Source: Felis catus (Eukaryota). Taken from it: 64,000 nucleotides of DNA. Location: contig NC_058368.1 in assembly GCF_018350175.1 (NCBI RefSeq), forward strand, positions 11,780,001 to 11,844,000, read 5' to 3'. The notes beneath the pieces were generated by a model. The model was not told the origin of the DNA, did not search any database, and worked only from the letters and a program-made list of their open reading frames with translations. The position numbers and the translations under genes were made by a program. Below, one piece after another: positions 1 through 12,449 of this stretch. Position 1 is the stretch's first letter; each line of letters begins with the position of its first letter.

Positions 1-56
1 AGTATATGCTCTATGATACAGTTGGGTCAGATTAATAGTGTTTAAGTCATCTATAT

Positions 57-96
57 CATAATCAAAACTTTTTCTTTATATATAAAAAATATTTTA
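57..96 (-). mobile_element. Displaced 3' end of the MER58A at 1695
   Basis: aaactttttct...aaatatttta resembles the reverse complement of the MER58A 3' end; flanked by atctatat. Confidence 0.65.
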
Positions 97-148
97 GGGG
101 TGCCCATCCCTGCTTGCACTCAGTCTCAAAATAAACAAACATAAAAAT
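97..148 (+). mobile_element. Internally deleted hybrid Can-SINE
   Basis: ggggtgccc head fused directly to the ccctgcttgcactc...tctcaaaataaacaaacat tail. Confidence 0.8.
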
Positions 149-391
149 ATTTAAAATAAAATATTAAAAAATACGTAACATAAAAGGTGACAGTAAAGGA
201 TGGGAGAAAAAAACAGGTTAAAAAAATACAACACATAGCAAACAACAGACTTGATTAAAAAAATACAACACACGTAGCAAATAACAGACTTAAATTCAAC
301 CATGTAAATATTGTTAAATACAATGTTTCCTAAAACTCCAAAGACAGAAATTGCTATATAAGTAGGTTTAATATTAAAAAAAACAAAATGA

Positions 392-608
392 GGGGTTCCT
401 GGATGGTTCAGTCGGTTGTGCATCCATCTCTTGATTTCGGCTCAGGTTATGATCTCTTGGTTGGTGGGGTCAAGCCCCCCAGCGCTGAGCCTGCTTGGGG
501 TTCTCTCTCTCCCTCTTTCCCTGTGTCTCTCTCCTTCTCTGCCCCTCCCCCATGCATACATGCACGGCCACACACACTCTCTCTCTCAAAATAAATAAAG
601 AAAAAAAA
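392..608 (+). mobile_element. Can-SINE
   Basis: tRNA-derived head, (CT)n, AATAAA tail. Confidence 0.92.
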
Positions 609-1200
609 TGAATGAGATCTTGGCCTTTTGCGACAACATGGATGCTAATAAGTTAAAGACAAATGCCAAGTATGTCTTTTATATGAGGAATCTAAAAAAA
701 AAAAAATAAGTAAACAAACAGCAGAAACAAACCCATAAATACAGAGAACTGATGGCCGCCAGAGGGGTGGAGGGTGAGGGGATAGGCAAAATGGGTGAGG
801 GAAACTGGGAGATACAGGCTTCCAGTTAAGGAGTCATTAAGTCATAAGGATAAAAGGTACAGCATAGGGAATATAGTTTTTGGTACTGTAATAGTATTGT
901 GACAGATGAACTATACTTGCAATGAGGATAGCATAACATAAACTTGCCATATAACTATATTGTACACTTGAAACTAATGTAACATTTTATGTTTACTATG
1001 TCTCAATAAAAAAGGAAACATTTTTAAAAATGAAAATAAAGTCCACTAAATATATGCTGTATATAAGAGATGCATTTTAAGAACAAAAACACAAGTCAGG
1101 TTAAAAGTGTAATAATGAAAATTATACATCATGAATGTAAATAGTAAACACAGGAGAAGTTGTGTACTTACATTAATAACAGAAAAAAATGTAACTTCAA

Positions 1201-1424
1201 GGGTGCCTGGGTGGCTCAGTTGGTTAAACATCTGACTTTGGCTCGGGTCACGATCTTGTGGTTTGTGAGTTTGAGTGTCTTCTAGGGCCCTGTGTCGACA
1301 GCTCAGAGCCTGGAGCCTGCTTCAGATCCTGTCTCGCTTTCTCTCTGCCCTTCCCCTGCTTATATTCTGTCTCTCTCTCAAAAATAAATAAACATTAAGA
1401 AAAATCTTTTTATTAAAAAAAAAA
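1201..1424 (+). mobile_element. Can-SINE
   Basis: gggtgcctgggtggctcag head; TSD taacttca. Confidence 0.93.
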
Positions 1425-1694
1425 GGGGGTGGTGGTTAACTTCAGTAAAGAATTATCAAAAGTAAAAAGGTCAATTCATCCAGAAGGCATACCAATACTA
1501 AATGAGAATCCACCTAATACCAGAGAGCCTGAGGCAAAAACTGCATTAAGGAAACACATGAAGCAAAAGCTGATTAAGTTATAGATATAAAAGTTATAGG
1601 AAGAAATGAACAAATCTACAATTATAGCTGGGAGTTATAATACCCCTCTCTTAACAAGTGAAATGGGTATAAAATAACCTACAGAAATGTAGAT

Positions 1695-1867
1695 CAGAGA
1701 TCAGCAAACTACAGGGCAGATCCATGGCCCCTCTGCCTGCCTTTATAAATAAAGTTTTATTAGAACACTGTCATGCCTATTCATTTCCATATTGCCATGG
1801 CTGTTTTCACACTACAGTAAGAGAATAGCCACTGCAAGGGCTATAATCCACAAAACCCAAAATATTT
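1695..1867 (+). mobile_element. MER58A-like hAT DNA transposon, 3' end missing here
   Basis: cag..cagcaaactac...taaataaagttttattagaacac...cccaaaatattt. Confidence 0.85.
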
Positions 1868-2061
1868 TTTTAAAGTTGTTTGAGAGAGAGAGAGACTGCA
1901 AGCAAGTGGAGGAGGGGCAGAGAAAGAGGGAGAGAGAATCCCAAGCAGGCTCCATGCTGTTAATGCAGGGACTGATGTGGGGCTTGAGCCAGCGAACTAT
2001 GAGAACATGACCTGAGCTGAAATCAAGAGTCATATGCTTAACTGAGCCACTCAGTTGCCCC
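1868..2061 (-). mobile_element. Can-SINE (right inversion breakpoint)
   Basis: Reverse SINE; flanks do not form a direct TSD. Confidence 0.92.
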
Positions 2062-2536
2062 TATTTTAAATCTTCTATTGGCTTTTTAAGCTAAACTGCT
2101 TTGTAATTTTTTAGTGGTTGCTCTAGGAATTACAGTATTCATGATTAACTTTTACATTTTATTTTGCACTAACATGCTATTTCATGTAAAATGAAAGAAC
2201 TTTACAAAGTATAATTATATTTGACCTTTGTGCTGTTGGTGTGTTATTTTTTGCTTCAGCACAGTGCTATGTTTGCTTTAGTCACTGGTCTCTTGAAGAA
2301 TTTCAGAGAAAATAAATGAGATAGTCCTTGGTATATACCTACATATTATATCAGGTTTTCTTTCTTTCTCTTTCTTTCTTTCTGTCTTTCTTTCTGTCTT
2401 TTTCTTTCTTTTTCTTTCTGTGTACATCTAAGTTTCAACTGATGTCATTTCCCTTCAGCTTGAACAACTTCCATTAACATTGCATAATGCATAAATAAAT
2501 TGATGAAGTCTTGAGTCTTAGTTGAATATGTTTATG

Positions 2537-2763
2537 TTTTTTTTTTTTTAATTTTTTTTTTAACGTTTATTTACTTTTGGGACAGAGAGAGACAGAGCAT
2601 GAACGGGGGAGGGGCAGAGAGAGAGGGAGACACAGATTCGGAAACAGGCTCCAGGCTCCGAGCCATCAGCCCAGAGCCTGACGCGGGGCTTGAACTCACG
2701 GACCGCGAGATCGTGACCCGGCTGAAGTCGGACACTTAACCGACTGCGCCACCCAGGCGCCCC
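2537..2763 (-). mobile_element. Young feline Can-SINE
   Basis: CpGs intact; TSD tgtttatgtttttt. Confidence 0.96.
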
Positions 2764-3229
2764 TGTTTATGTTTTTTAAGAGTATTTTTGCTGGATATAG
2801 ATTCTGGGTTGATAGTCTTTTTAATTACTTTAAAGACGTATATTTATTGTCTTTTGGTTTCCATTGTGTCTTCAATAATTGATTTACATTTTTTTTTCCT
2901 TTTTTTTTCCTGCTACTATGTTTAGAGTTAGCTGAGCTTATTAGATTTGTAATTTGATATTTTTAACCAAATGTGGGACATTTTAACCATTATTTAAAAA
3001 TACGTTCCCTGTTCTGCTGTCTCCGCTCCTTTTGAGATTCTTGTTATTCTGCTTAAAATTGTACTATAGGTCTCTAAGTCTGTTAACTTTTTAAAATCTT
3101 TTCTCCTCAGTTCTTTAGATTGAATAATTTCTACTGCTCTGTCTTCAAGGTCACTGACTCTTTTTTATGTTTTTTTTTAAATTTGCTTTTAAGTATCCCT
3201 GCCCAAATCTTTTTTTTTCTTTTCTTTCA

Positions 3230-4110
3230 TTTTTCAGCTTTATTGAGCTGTAATTAACAAATAACATTTTGTAAATTTAAGGTGTACAGCATGATAGTTT
3301 GAAACATGTATATATTATGAAATGATTACTACAGTAAGGTTAGTTAACACATCCATCACCTCACATAGCTAACATTTTCTGTGTGTTGTGAAAACATTTA
3401 AGATTTTTTCTTTTTTTTTCTTTTTTTTTTCTCTCTTTATTTTTATTTTTATTTTTTTTTTCAACGTTTATTTATTTTTGGGACAGAGAGAGACAGCATG
3501 AACGGGGGAGGGGCAGAGAGAGGGAGACACAGAATCAGAAACAGGCTCCAGGCTCCGAGCCATCAGCCCAGAGCCCGACGCGGGGCTCGAACTCACAGAC
3601 CGCGAGATCGTGACCTGGCTGAAGTCGGACGCTTAACCGACTGCGCCACCCAGGTGCCCCAAGATTTTTTCTTAGCAGCTTTCAATTATATAATATGTAT
3701 GGGGTTATTAACTATAGTCACCATGCTGTACGTGAGATTCTCAGAATTTATTCATTTTATAACTGAAAGTTTTTACTCTTCAAAAAAGTCTCCCCATTTC
3801 TCCCATACCCCAGCCTCTTGCAACCACCAATTTACTCTCTATGAGAGTTCTCCTTTTTCAGATTTCACGTATAAGTGAGACTATTTGGTATTTCTTTGTC
3901 TGATTCATTTCATTTCGCACAGTGCCTTCAGGTTGCATCCATGTTGTTGTAGATGGCAAGATTTCCTTCTTTTGCTTGACTGAATGAATGCATTTTATGA
4001 TATACACATACATAAAATACACCTTTATCAAGTCATCAACTGATGGACATTTAGGTTTCCATGTCTTTGTTACTGTGAACATTGCTGCAGTGAACATGGG
4101 GGTGCTGATA
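3230..4110 (-). mobile_element. L1MA-type 3' end
   Basis: L1 3'UTR and ORF2 C-terminus (ORF MFTAAMFTVTKTWKPKCPSVDD). Confidence 0.85.
3405..3660 (-). mobile_element. Young feline Can-SINE nested in L1
   Basis: TSD aagatttttt. Confidence 0.96.
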
Positions 4111-4181
4111 TTTTAAGCCCATTTTTAAATACTATACCCTTCAGTTCTGGTATTTCACTTGGTTCTTTTTTTTTTTAATGA

Positions 4182-4408
4182 TTTTTTTTCTTTTTAAAAA
4201 AATTTTTTTAATGTTTATTTTTGAGGGAGACAGAGACAGAGCATGAGAAGAGGAGGGGCAGAGAGAGAGGGAGACACAGAATCCAAAGCAGGCTCCAGGT
4301 TCTGAGCCATCAGCACAGAGCCTGACATGGGGCTCAAACCCACGAGCTGTGAGATCATGACCTGAGCTGAAGTCAGACACTTAACTGACTGAGCCACCCA
4401 GGCGCCCC
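4182..4408 (-). mobile_element. Can-SINE
   Basis: Full reverse SINE. Confidence 0.95.
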
Positions 4409-5266
4409 TAAACGATTTTCATTTATCCACTGAGATGTCCCATTGTGACCATATTCTTCATTAAGTTTTTCAACATATTTATAATAGCTGCTTTAGCATC
4501 CTTGCTTGTTAGTTCACTCTTCTGAATTACTTCATAGTGTTTTTCTCTTAACTGCTCCCCCTCCCCCCCCTTGACAGCACCTCATATTTTCCTGCTTATT
4601 TTCATGTCTAGAAAGTTGTAATTGTAGAGTGGACATTGTGGATGATATGTCATCTCTAAATTCTCTTTATCTTCCTTTGGGGAGTATGATTAAATTACTG
4701 GCTGATCATCTTGAACTTGTGGAGGCTTGGTCTTATACTTTAGTAAGATGGGTCTATAGAAAGCCTGAGGTGTTTTCTAATGCCTTGTAACTTGGTTGGA
4801 TTCAAACTCCAAGCTCATGTCTCTGCAATGGGAAGCAGCTGACATTGCTGCTGAATTCTTTCAGCTTTCCAGTTGTTTTCCACTGGGCTCCTTGGAATCT
4901 TCTTTAAGCATATACAATTCAAGGGTTTTTTTTTGTTTTTTTTGTTTTTTGTTTTTTTTTTGAAGAATTTGAAGAGTTTATATTAGTTTTTGAGGCTTCT
5001 CTTGCTATGGCTAACTCCTTTACTGAATTTCCTCTCTGAGTTTTCAGCCACTCTGTGGCCATGAACTTCAATAAAACTGCAGTTTTCTGCCTGAGGTATA
5101 GTGGACTTGTGTTATTGCAGTTGAGGAGTGCCCTTCGAAAAAAGCTGTATAAATTTGAACACTGTACTTCTTTTCTTTCAGTAGTCAAATTTCCCAATAT
5201 CTACCTGCTCTTGGTTGCTTTGTTTTATCTTTGAGTCATTCTTAAAATTATTTTATCCAGAATTTA

Positions 5267-5396
5267 GGGGTACCTGAGTGGCTCAGTTGGTTAAGCGTCC
5301 AACTCTTGATTTTGGCTCAATTCATGATCTCACGGTTCCTGAATTTGAGCCCTTCGTTGGGTTCCACCCTAATAACATAGAGCTTGCTTGAGATTT

Positions 5397-5429
<33 letters not shown>

Positions 5430-5542
5430 GTCTCTCTCTGTGTCTCTCTGTCTCTGTCTCTCTGTCTCTCTCTGTCTCTCCCCCTCTCTGCCTCTCCACT
5501 GCTTGTAGCTTCTCTCTCTCAAAATAAATAAACTTTAAAGAA
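5267..5542 (+). mobile_element. Can-SINE with expanded (CT/GT) tract
   Basis: TSD ends cagaattta. Confidence 0.93.
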
Positions 5543-6373
5543 ATATTTTCTACAGAATTTATAACTGACATCTGTGGAAGGGTTAGTTTTAGGAGTAGAC
5601 AAAAGCTACTCCACCATTATTAGAATTCTTCACAAACTAATTCTCATTCATTTCAAATTAGGCCTTTAGGCATAGTTGCTTTTAACACACATCTTATTTT
5701 AGGATTACACATTTTTAGAGTAAGAGAAGTTTGCTCTTGCTTCAATTACATACACTTGGTCTAAATCAGTAATTTAGTGAAGAGTTGGGAGCTAAAGAAT
5801 GTTTACAAAAGCTGGTGAAAGGGATTATATTAAAGCTGTATTTCTACTGCTGTTCCTTCTTCCCCTTTTTAGCACAGACTTCATAGACAGCATTGGGGAC
5901 ACATAGGATCAGATAATAATGGAAAAAAAGTCATTTTTCAATTGTCTTTGACCTTCTCTTAATATTTCTGCTTTGTGGAAAAAGTACTAAAATGTAAATG
6001 TTGCAGCTGCTTCTGTCTTCAAAATTTGTGTTCATGATTGGGCTGTTGGATATCTATTTATGTTTAAATGTTTAGCTAGGTACCAGCTCAGGTCCAGAGG
6101 ACCCTTTAGATTCATTCTACAAAAATTTGCCTTTAAACAGATTAAAAAAGAAAAAAGTGTGTGTAAGAGGGAACTGAATGGATTGGTTTAGAGATGGCAC
6201 ATACGTCTTCTAAGAGATTTATTGTTTTGTGCTTTCAACACACATCTAAGGTTAACATTAATATAGTCATTAAAAATACTAGTACATTAAGGTGTTGTTG
6301 ATTTTTAGTTTTCTTGAATTTGGACAGCATCTATTTTGTTATTTTAATGTGAATATAACTATAAGAAGGTAGA

Positions 6374-6560
6374 TTTTATTTTATTTTATTTTGAGAGAGA
6401 GCACAAGCTGGGGAGGGGCAGAGGGAGAGGGAGAATCAGAAGCAGGTTGTGTGCACCATCAGTACAGAGCCCAGCGTGGGGCTTGATCCCATGAACTGCA
6501 AGATCATGACCGGAGCTGAAATCAAGAGTCTGCCACCTAACTGAGCCTCTCAGGTGTCCC
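6374..6560 (-). mobile_element. Can-SINE
   Basis: TSD aaggtagatttta. Confidence 0.93.
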
Positions 6561-6869
6561 AAAAAGGTAGATTTTAAATTTGAACTTGCTCCTTTAGAAA
6601 GTAAATGCATTTGAAACTTAATGTTCTTCAATTAAATTCTAAAGTATTTTTGCTGATAGAAGGAAAGTGAGGTACACGATAACCCCCAATATATGATAGT
6701 TGACTTTTTCTTTTTAGTTGGGTGTAATATGAGGTGGAGAAGAGAAGGGTGGACACATTCAGCCCTTTCTACAGTAGTCTAATCCTAAATAACATTTCCA
6801 TCTTTATTAGAGTTTGATTAGAGAAGTAAAATTATTGTAGTGATTGATTTTTTTTTTTTTTTTAAATGA

Positions 6870-7511
6870 ATTGTGGGATCTAGGTATATACTCCTGAGTG
6901 TGGTGCTAGGCTTAAGTCAGTAGGGATGACATGTGGGAAAGGAAGATAGACATTAAGTTGGGGGAAGTAAGGTTAAACTGAAACATGCAAAGATCATTTG
7001 GAACTTACGGAAATAGCTAGAACCTGTAAGCCCAAATTTCAGCCTTCATTGCTCTCTCATTGCTTCCAAACCTGCAACTTTGATGATGTGCATAATTAGT
7101 AGGTATGGCACACCACAACTTTCAGGAAGTATGGCACAGTCTCAACTTCCAGTTTCATCATTGCTGCATCCCTAGGTGGAAACTAAGATCCGTTGTGGAG
7201 CTGCACACAACCTGCCCTAGTATTACTTGGAAAAATGAAGAAGGAGATCTAACAGGAGCTAGGGGAGCTGTGGGCCCAGTTGCTGCCTCATGCCAATGAC
7301 TATGGGCCCAAAGATCCATGACAATGTGTGAGAACTGCAAAACTACCTGACTTCATGTTGAAGTTCTACATATGGCTGTTTCTTCACTTTTATTTTCTAA
7401 ATTTCATAGGAATGTCTTTTGAGGCCAACCCTCACTCACAACCATGCAAGGAGTGAAATTTGGAGAAATGTAGTTCCGGCCTAGCTAAGATGACAATAAA
7501 AAGCCATCATA
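6870..7511 (-). mobile_element. ERV-L class LTR (3' LTR of the adjacent internal remnant; left edge uncertain)
   Basis: Minus strand begins tatgatggcttt...gtcatcttagctaggccggaactacatttc, directly after an ERV-L PPT-like segment. Confidence 0.65.
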
Positions 7512-7816
7512 GTCCATTCTTTGATACCATGGCACCTATAGACCCCTCTTTTAATTATATTTAACTTACAAAGACAATTGGAAAATTATGCTTTTGATGA
7601 ACATAATGCAACTATCCTTTGTCCAACTGATAACATACAAATATTCTTCCTAAGATAGGAAAGAAAATTCCTTTATCCATAGTTGGGTTAAATTTTTTTT
7701 TCTGCTTCACATTTTCTACTTAATGTCCTGTAACTTAAATATTGATATGAAATTAACTACTCTTAGATGGTTGTAGAAAGATAAAAAGTTTATCTATATA
7801 TACATATATATGTATG

Positions 7817-7847
<31 letters not shown>

Positions 7848-8317
7848 TGATTTCTTATATCAAAACAAATAGTAGAATGTTCATTTCTGCAACTAGTCAT
7901 GCTGTTGTAATTGCTATCTATAATTGCCTTCTCCTGTCATTCCACATTCCCTGTGTTCTTGGCAAGTACCTCAGCTGGTTGTGGTTGCTTGCCTGGTAGG
8001 GTGACTCAAACCTTTATTCCTTAAGGGTCTGTGTCATTAGCAGTCTTGCCTGGATTGTTTCTACTGACTTTAATCACATTACATGGAAATACTAAGTGGT
8101 GTCCCAGAGGAACTCCTGCATTTCAGACATACTTTTTCTTAGCCCCTCCTGTGTAGTAGCAACGTAGCTTTCTCTTCATAGTAAGATCAGTCACCACAGT
8201 CAGTTCCGTAACCTCTGCCTTTGTTGATTCATTGGCATGGAAAGCCCAAAGTGGCTGAGTGGTGGTCTCAACTTCCAGTTTAATCATTGCTGCATCCCTA
8301 GGTGGAAACTAAGATCC
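7512..8317 (-). mobile_element. ERV-L internal 3' remnant with degenerate dUTPase
   Basis: Manual minus-strand translation gives LNWKLRPPLSHFGLSMPMNQQ, YV*NAGVPLGHHLVFPC and DP*GIKV*VTLPGKQPQPAEVLAKNTGNVE, matching the ERV-L dUTPase region as I recall it. Confidence 0.85.
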
Positions 8318-8859
8318 ACCGAAGGAACTATATGGGCATAGATGTATATATATAGGTGGGTAGATGATATGGTGTGTTGTATGTCAGTGAATTGGGAAGC
8401 AAAGTGTATCAGGTAAGAGTGAGAATGAGTTAATAAAAAATAAGTACATTTTGTAAAACACAGAGAATTTATCAGGATATCCTGTACACAAATATTTATT
8501 TACATTGAAAGAAGTATAAATATATCAAGGAAAGTATATGTAGTTTTTCTTTTTTGTTATCTAATACTTAATGGACAGGTGGTATTAGTAATTTGGTTCT
8601 AATTCCAGTGTACTTTTTGGATATTTTACTTGAAGGAGAAAACAAAAATTAAAATTAGTATTTCGAGCTTTTATAAATTTTCAGTAATATGAAACAGTGA
8701 GCATATGTGGTTTCTGTCTTTTGCACAAAGGAAAGTGGTATAGTAGCATTGCATGTCTACTTTGAAACTGAGGAAGTTATATAATGCAAGTAGGAGGGTG
8801 AGCTTGGATCCAGACTGCCTGACTTTAAATCCTAGCTCTTCTGCTTACCATGAATTTTG

Positions 8860-9430
8860 ATTAGTTATTGCTCTAACAACCCAAACCCCTGCCAAAACAA
8901 AAACAAAAACTGGTGGTTAAAACGAATGTATATTATTACTCATGCATCTATGGATTAGATGGATGGTTCTGATCATCCGGGCTAGATTTGGCTTATTTCA
9001 TCTGGAATTGCTCCTATATCTGCAATCACTTGGCAGGTTGGTGGTGGGGGTGCTGCTCTAGGGTGGCTTCTCACATTTGTGGCGGTTTACTGGCTCTCAT
9101 GGGGGGGGGGGGTGGGTGACTGAGGCACATGTCTCTCATCATTCATCAGTGAAGTCTGGGCTTGTTCATACATGGTGGTGGCAGGATTCTAAGAGAGGTA
9201 GTAGAAACATGCAAGATCTCTTGAGGATTACACACGGAACTGGCACGTCACTTCTGACTTTATTTGGCCAAGTTCATTGGCCAAGGCAAATCAGGAGGTC
9301 AGTCAAAATTCAAGATGTGGGGAAATCAACTCTTATCTTCTTATAGGAGGAGCCAGGGTCATATTGCAGGGGGTATGGATACTAGGAGGGGTGGAGAATT
9401 TGGGCCATTTTATAATCAATTCCGCCATAC
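8860..9430 (-). mobile_element. MLT1 (MaLR) solo LTR inserted in a MIR
   Basis: gtcacttctg...attggccaaggcaaatca...attcaagatgtgggg; ends ataca; MIR pieces on both sides. Confidence 0.75.
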
Positions 9431-9639
9431 AGCATGATCTTGCACAGTCTCTTCATCTCTCTAAACCTGTTTCCTAACCTGTAAAAATGGTTAGGAGAGT
9501 CACTATATTTTCTGAGATGATTTTGAAGATTAGAGAACTTCTGTAAAGTGCTTATGGTAGTATCTTGATATACCAAGTTTTTTTGTTTGCTTGCTTGCTT
9601 GTTTTCCTTTAAAATCTTAAAATACTTGCCTTTGAGAGC

Positions 9640-9860
9640 CAGTACAGTGTTTAAAAATGTGGGCTCTGGAACTGACTGTGTTGGAGTCCTTGCCCCACCC
9701 CTTCCTGGCTTTTAGCCTTGGGCAAATTACTTAACTTTTTTGTGCCTCACTTTCTAGGAAAGATTACTTATTTTGCAGGGTTGGTGAGGATCAAATGAAT
9801 TAATACACAATAAGTGTTTAGAACTGTGAGCACTATATAGGTACTCATGTGTTGTTATTC
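9640..9860 (+). mobile_element. MIR
   Basis: ccttgggcaaattacttaac...tgtgcctca core, gtgaggatcaaatga. Confidence 0.75.
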
Positions 9861-9969
9861 CTCCTCCTATTATTACAGTGTGCTGCCTTTAATACAAACC
9901 TTTTAAAACCTTATTGAAAAGTTTAGATCAGGCTGAAATTAGCATCCTTTCTTGTTTAAACCCATCTAA

Positions 9970-10208
9970 TTTTTTTTTAATTTTTTTTATTAAAAAAAAT
10001 TTTTTTTTTCAACGTTTATTTATTTTTGGGACAGAGAGAGAGCATGAATGGGTGAGGGGCAGAGAGAGAGGGAGACACAGAATCGGAAACAGGCTCCAGG
10101 CCCTGAGCCATCAGCCCAGAGCCTGACGCGGGGCTCGAACTCACGGACCGCGAGATCGTGACCTGGCTGAAGTCGGACGCTTAACCGGCTGCGCCACCCA
10201 GGCGCCCC
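9970..10208 (-). mobile_element. Young feline Can-SINE
   Basis: TSD cccatctaattttt. Confidence 0.96.
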
Positions 10209-10998
10209 AGCCCCATCTAATTTTTTAATGAAGCAGTTTTAACCTTTATGGTTGGTTTGCTAATATAATTATGAATTTTAGTGATGTGAATTCATTACGT
10301 AGAAACATTTCAGTTTGGACTAAAACTGTCCTGTAGTATTTTGTCTTTTATTTACTTGCTTTTTAATCTTCTTTCTAAGCTTTTCCTGCATGTCACTTAT
10401 TTCCATGGCTTCCATTCTGTGTTGGTTACCCCCACATTAATGTTTCAGGTTTAACTTTCAGTTCTGATTTTCATTCATTAACGAATTTTTTTTTTTCTTC
10501 TCTCCAGTTAGTCATTAAATTTACTTTTTTTCCTTTCTCCCACCCTTCTCCTCCTTTATGCTTGTTACTTTTCATTTGGTCCAGGTCTCTTTTCCTTTAT
10601 GCTTGTGGCTTTTAGTTTAGTCCAAGTCCTCATTTATTTCCTTAAATTAGTAGCCTCCTAACCAGTTTCTCAACTCCAATATTCTACTCCATCCTCCAGG
10701 ATCTGTCAAGATAATTTATGTAAAAGATGTTTGATTATTTCATTTCCTTGGTTAAAATTTCTTTTTTAAACTTCCCGTGCTTGCAAGAAAAAAATAAATT
10801 TGAGCATCCAAGGTTCTTGATGAATCTGCCTCTGCTTCCCTTTTCAGCAGAATTTTTAGTTCACGGTAGAATTACTTAGTCCTGGCTATATGAGATTATT
10901 GAGGACTGTCAAAATCTCTTGCACTTTGTGCTTTTAATTTCATCCGAAATCCTCTGCCTAGGTTTGTTCTGTTGGCAGACTTTCAGATTGTGCATTTT

Positions 10999-11236
10999 TA
11001 TTTATTTTATTTTATTATTTTTAAATATTTTTTTTAACGTTTATTTATTTTTGAGAGAGAGAGAGACAGAGCATGAACGGGGGAGGGTCAGAGAGAGGGA
11101 GACACAGAATCTGAAACAGGCTCCAGGCTCTGAGCTGTCAGCACAGAGCCCGATGCGGGGCTTGAACTCACGGACCGCGAGATCATGACCTGAGCTGAAG
11201 TCGGCCGCTTAACCAACTGAACCACCCAGGCGCCCC
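10999..11236 (-). mobile_element. Can-SINE
   Basis: TSD cagattgtgcatttt. Confidence 0.96.
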
Positions 11237-11389
11237 CAGATTGTGCATTTTTAAAAAGATTTAGCTCAAGTGTGATTTCTCAAGGAGGGTTTCCTTATCC
11301 CTACTACCCATTCTCAGACATCTGATTCTTTGCCTGGTCTGGTGTATGCTTTTATTATAGCATTTATCACATTGGTGTTTTTAAACATC

Positions 11390-12330
11390 TTTGTTTAGGT
11401 ATGATTCATATGACATACAATTCATTGAAGCGTGTAGCTCAGTGGTTTAGTATATTTATAGTTTTGCATCTATTACCACAGTCAATTTTAGAACATTTTC
11501 ATTATTTTAGAAGGAAACCCACACCTCTTCACAAGTACCTCCTAACATCCCTTTCCTTCTATAATCACTAATCTATTTTGTCTCTATAGATCTGCTTATT
11601 CTGTGTATTTCATATTAATGGAATCATTTAATGTTTGGTCCTTAGTAATTGGCAGCTTTTATTTAGCATAATGTTTTCAGTTAGTCTGTGTTGTAGTGTA
11701 TAGCAGTATTTTTTTTTTTTAATTGCCAGATGTTTCATTGTGTGCTATATTTTGTTCACTAGTTGCTGGGCATTTGGGTGGTTTCCACTTTTTAGCTATT
11801 ATGAGTAGTGCTGTTGTAAGCATTTGGGTACACGTTTATGTGCAAACATGTTTTTGTTTCTCTTGGGTATGTACCTAGGAATGGAATTGCTGGATGCTGT
11901 GGTAACTGTTTCACTATTTGGGGAAATGCTAGACTGTTTTCCAATGTTGTTGCACCATTTTACATTCCCACTATTAGTGTGTGAAGGTTTCAAATTTTCT
12001 ACATCCTTACCTACACCTATTATTGTCATTCTTTTGATTGTAGATGTGCTGCGGGTGTCATCTGGTATCTCATTATGGTTTTGATTCTTTATTTTGTGAT
12101 GGCTGATGATGATTAGCATTTTTTCATGTGTGTATTCACTATTTATATATTTCATTTGAAAAACTATTAATATCCTTTTGTCCATTTTAAAGTTGGGTTC
12201 TTTTTGTTAGTGTAGCAGTTTTCTAGATACAAGTCTCTTATCAAATATAGGTGTTTTTGTTTTGCATTTTCTGTCATTCTTTTTGGTTGTTTTCACTTCC
12301 TTGATGTTCTCCTTTTAAACATATTTTTTT
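11390..12330 (-). mobile_element. L1MB-type 3' portion
   Basis: ORF2 C-terminal remnants (ORF 11799..12185) and 3'UTR. Confidence 0.85.
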
Positions 12331-12394
12331 TTCTTTTTCTTTTTTTTCCTTTTTGCTGTAAATTCCTAATTCTTACTGTATTTGAAGTTAAGCC

Positions 12395-12426
<32 letters not shown>

Positions 12427-12449
12427 TGTATTGTCGTAGTCTTGGTACT

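Larger units (their letters stand above)
150..1690 (+). mobile_element. Old L1 (inter-ORF to ORF2 endonuclease region) carrying nested SINEs and an L1 3' end (about 609-1020)
   Basis: L1M-type motifs such as aacaaatctacaattatagctgggagttataatacccctctc, and the 3'UTR motif tgtacacttgaaactaatgtaaca. Confidence 0.75.

Noticed and set aside
753..770. CTCF-like tggccgccagaggggtgg
   Set aside because: It derives from a common L1 3'UTR motif and lacks the GGC core ending.
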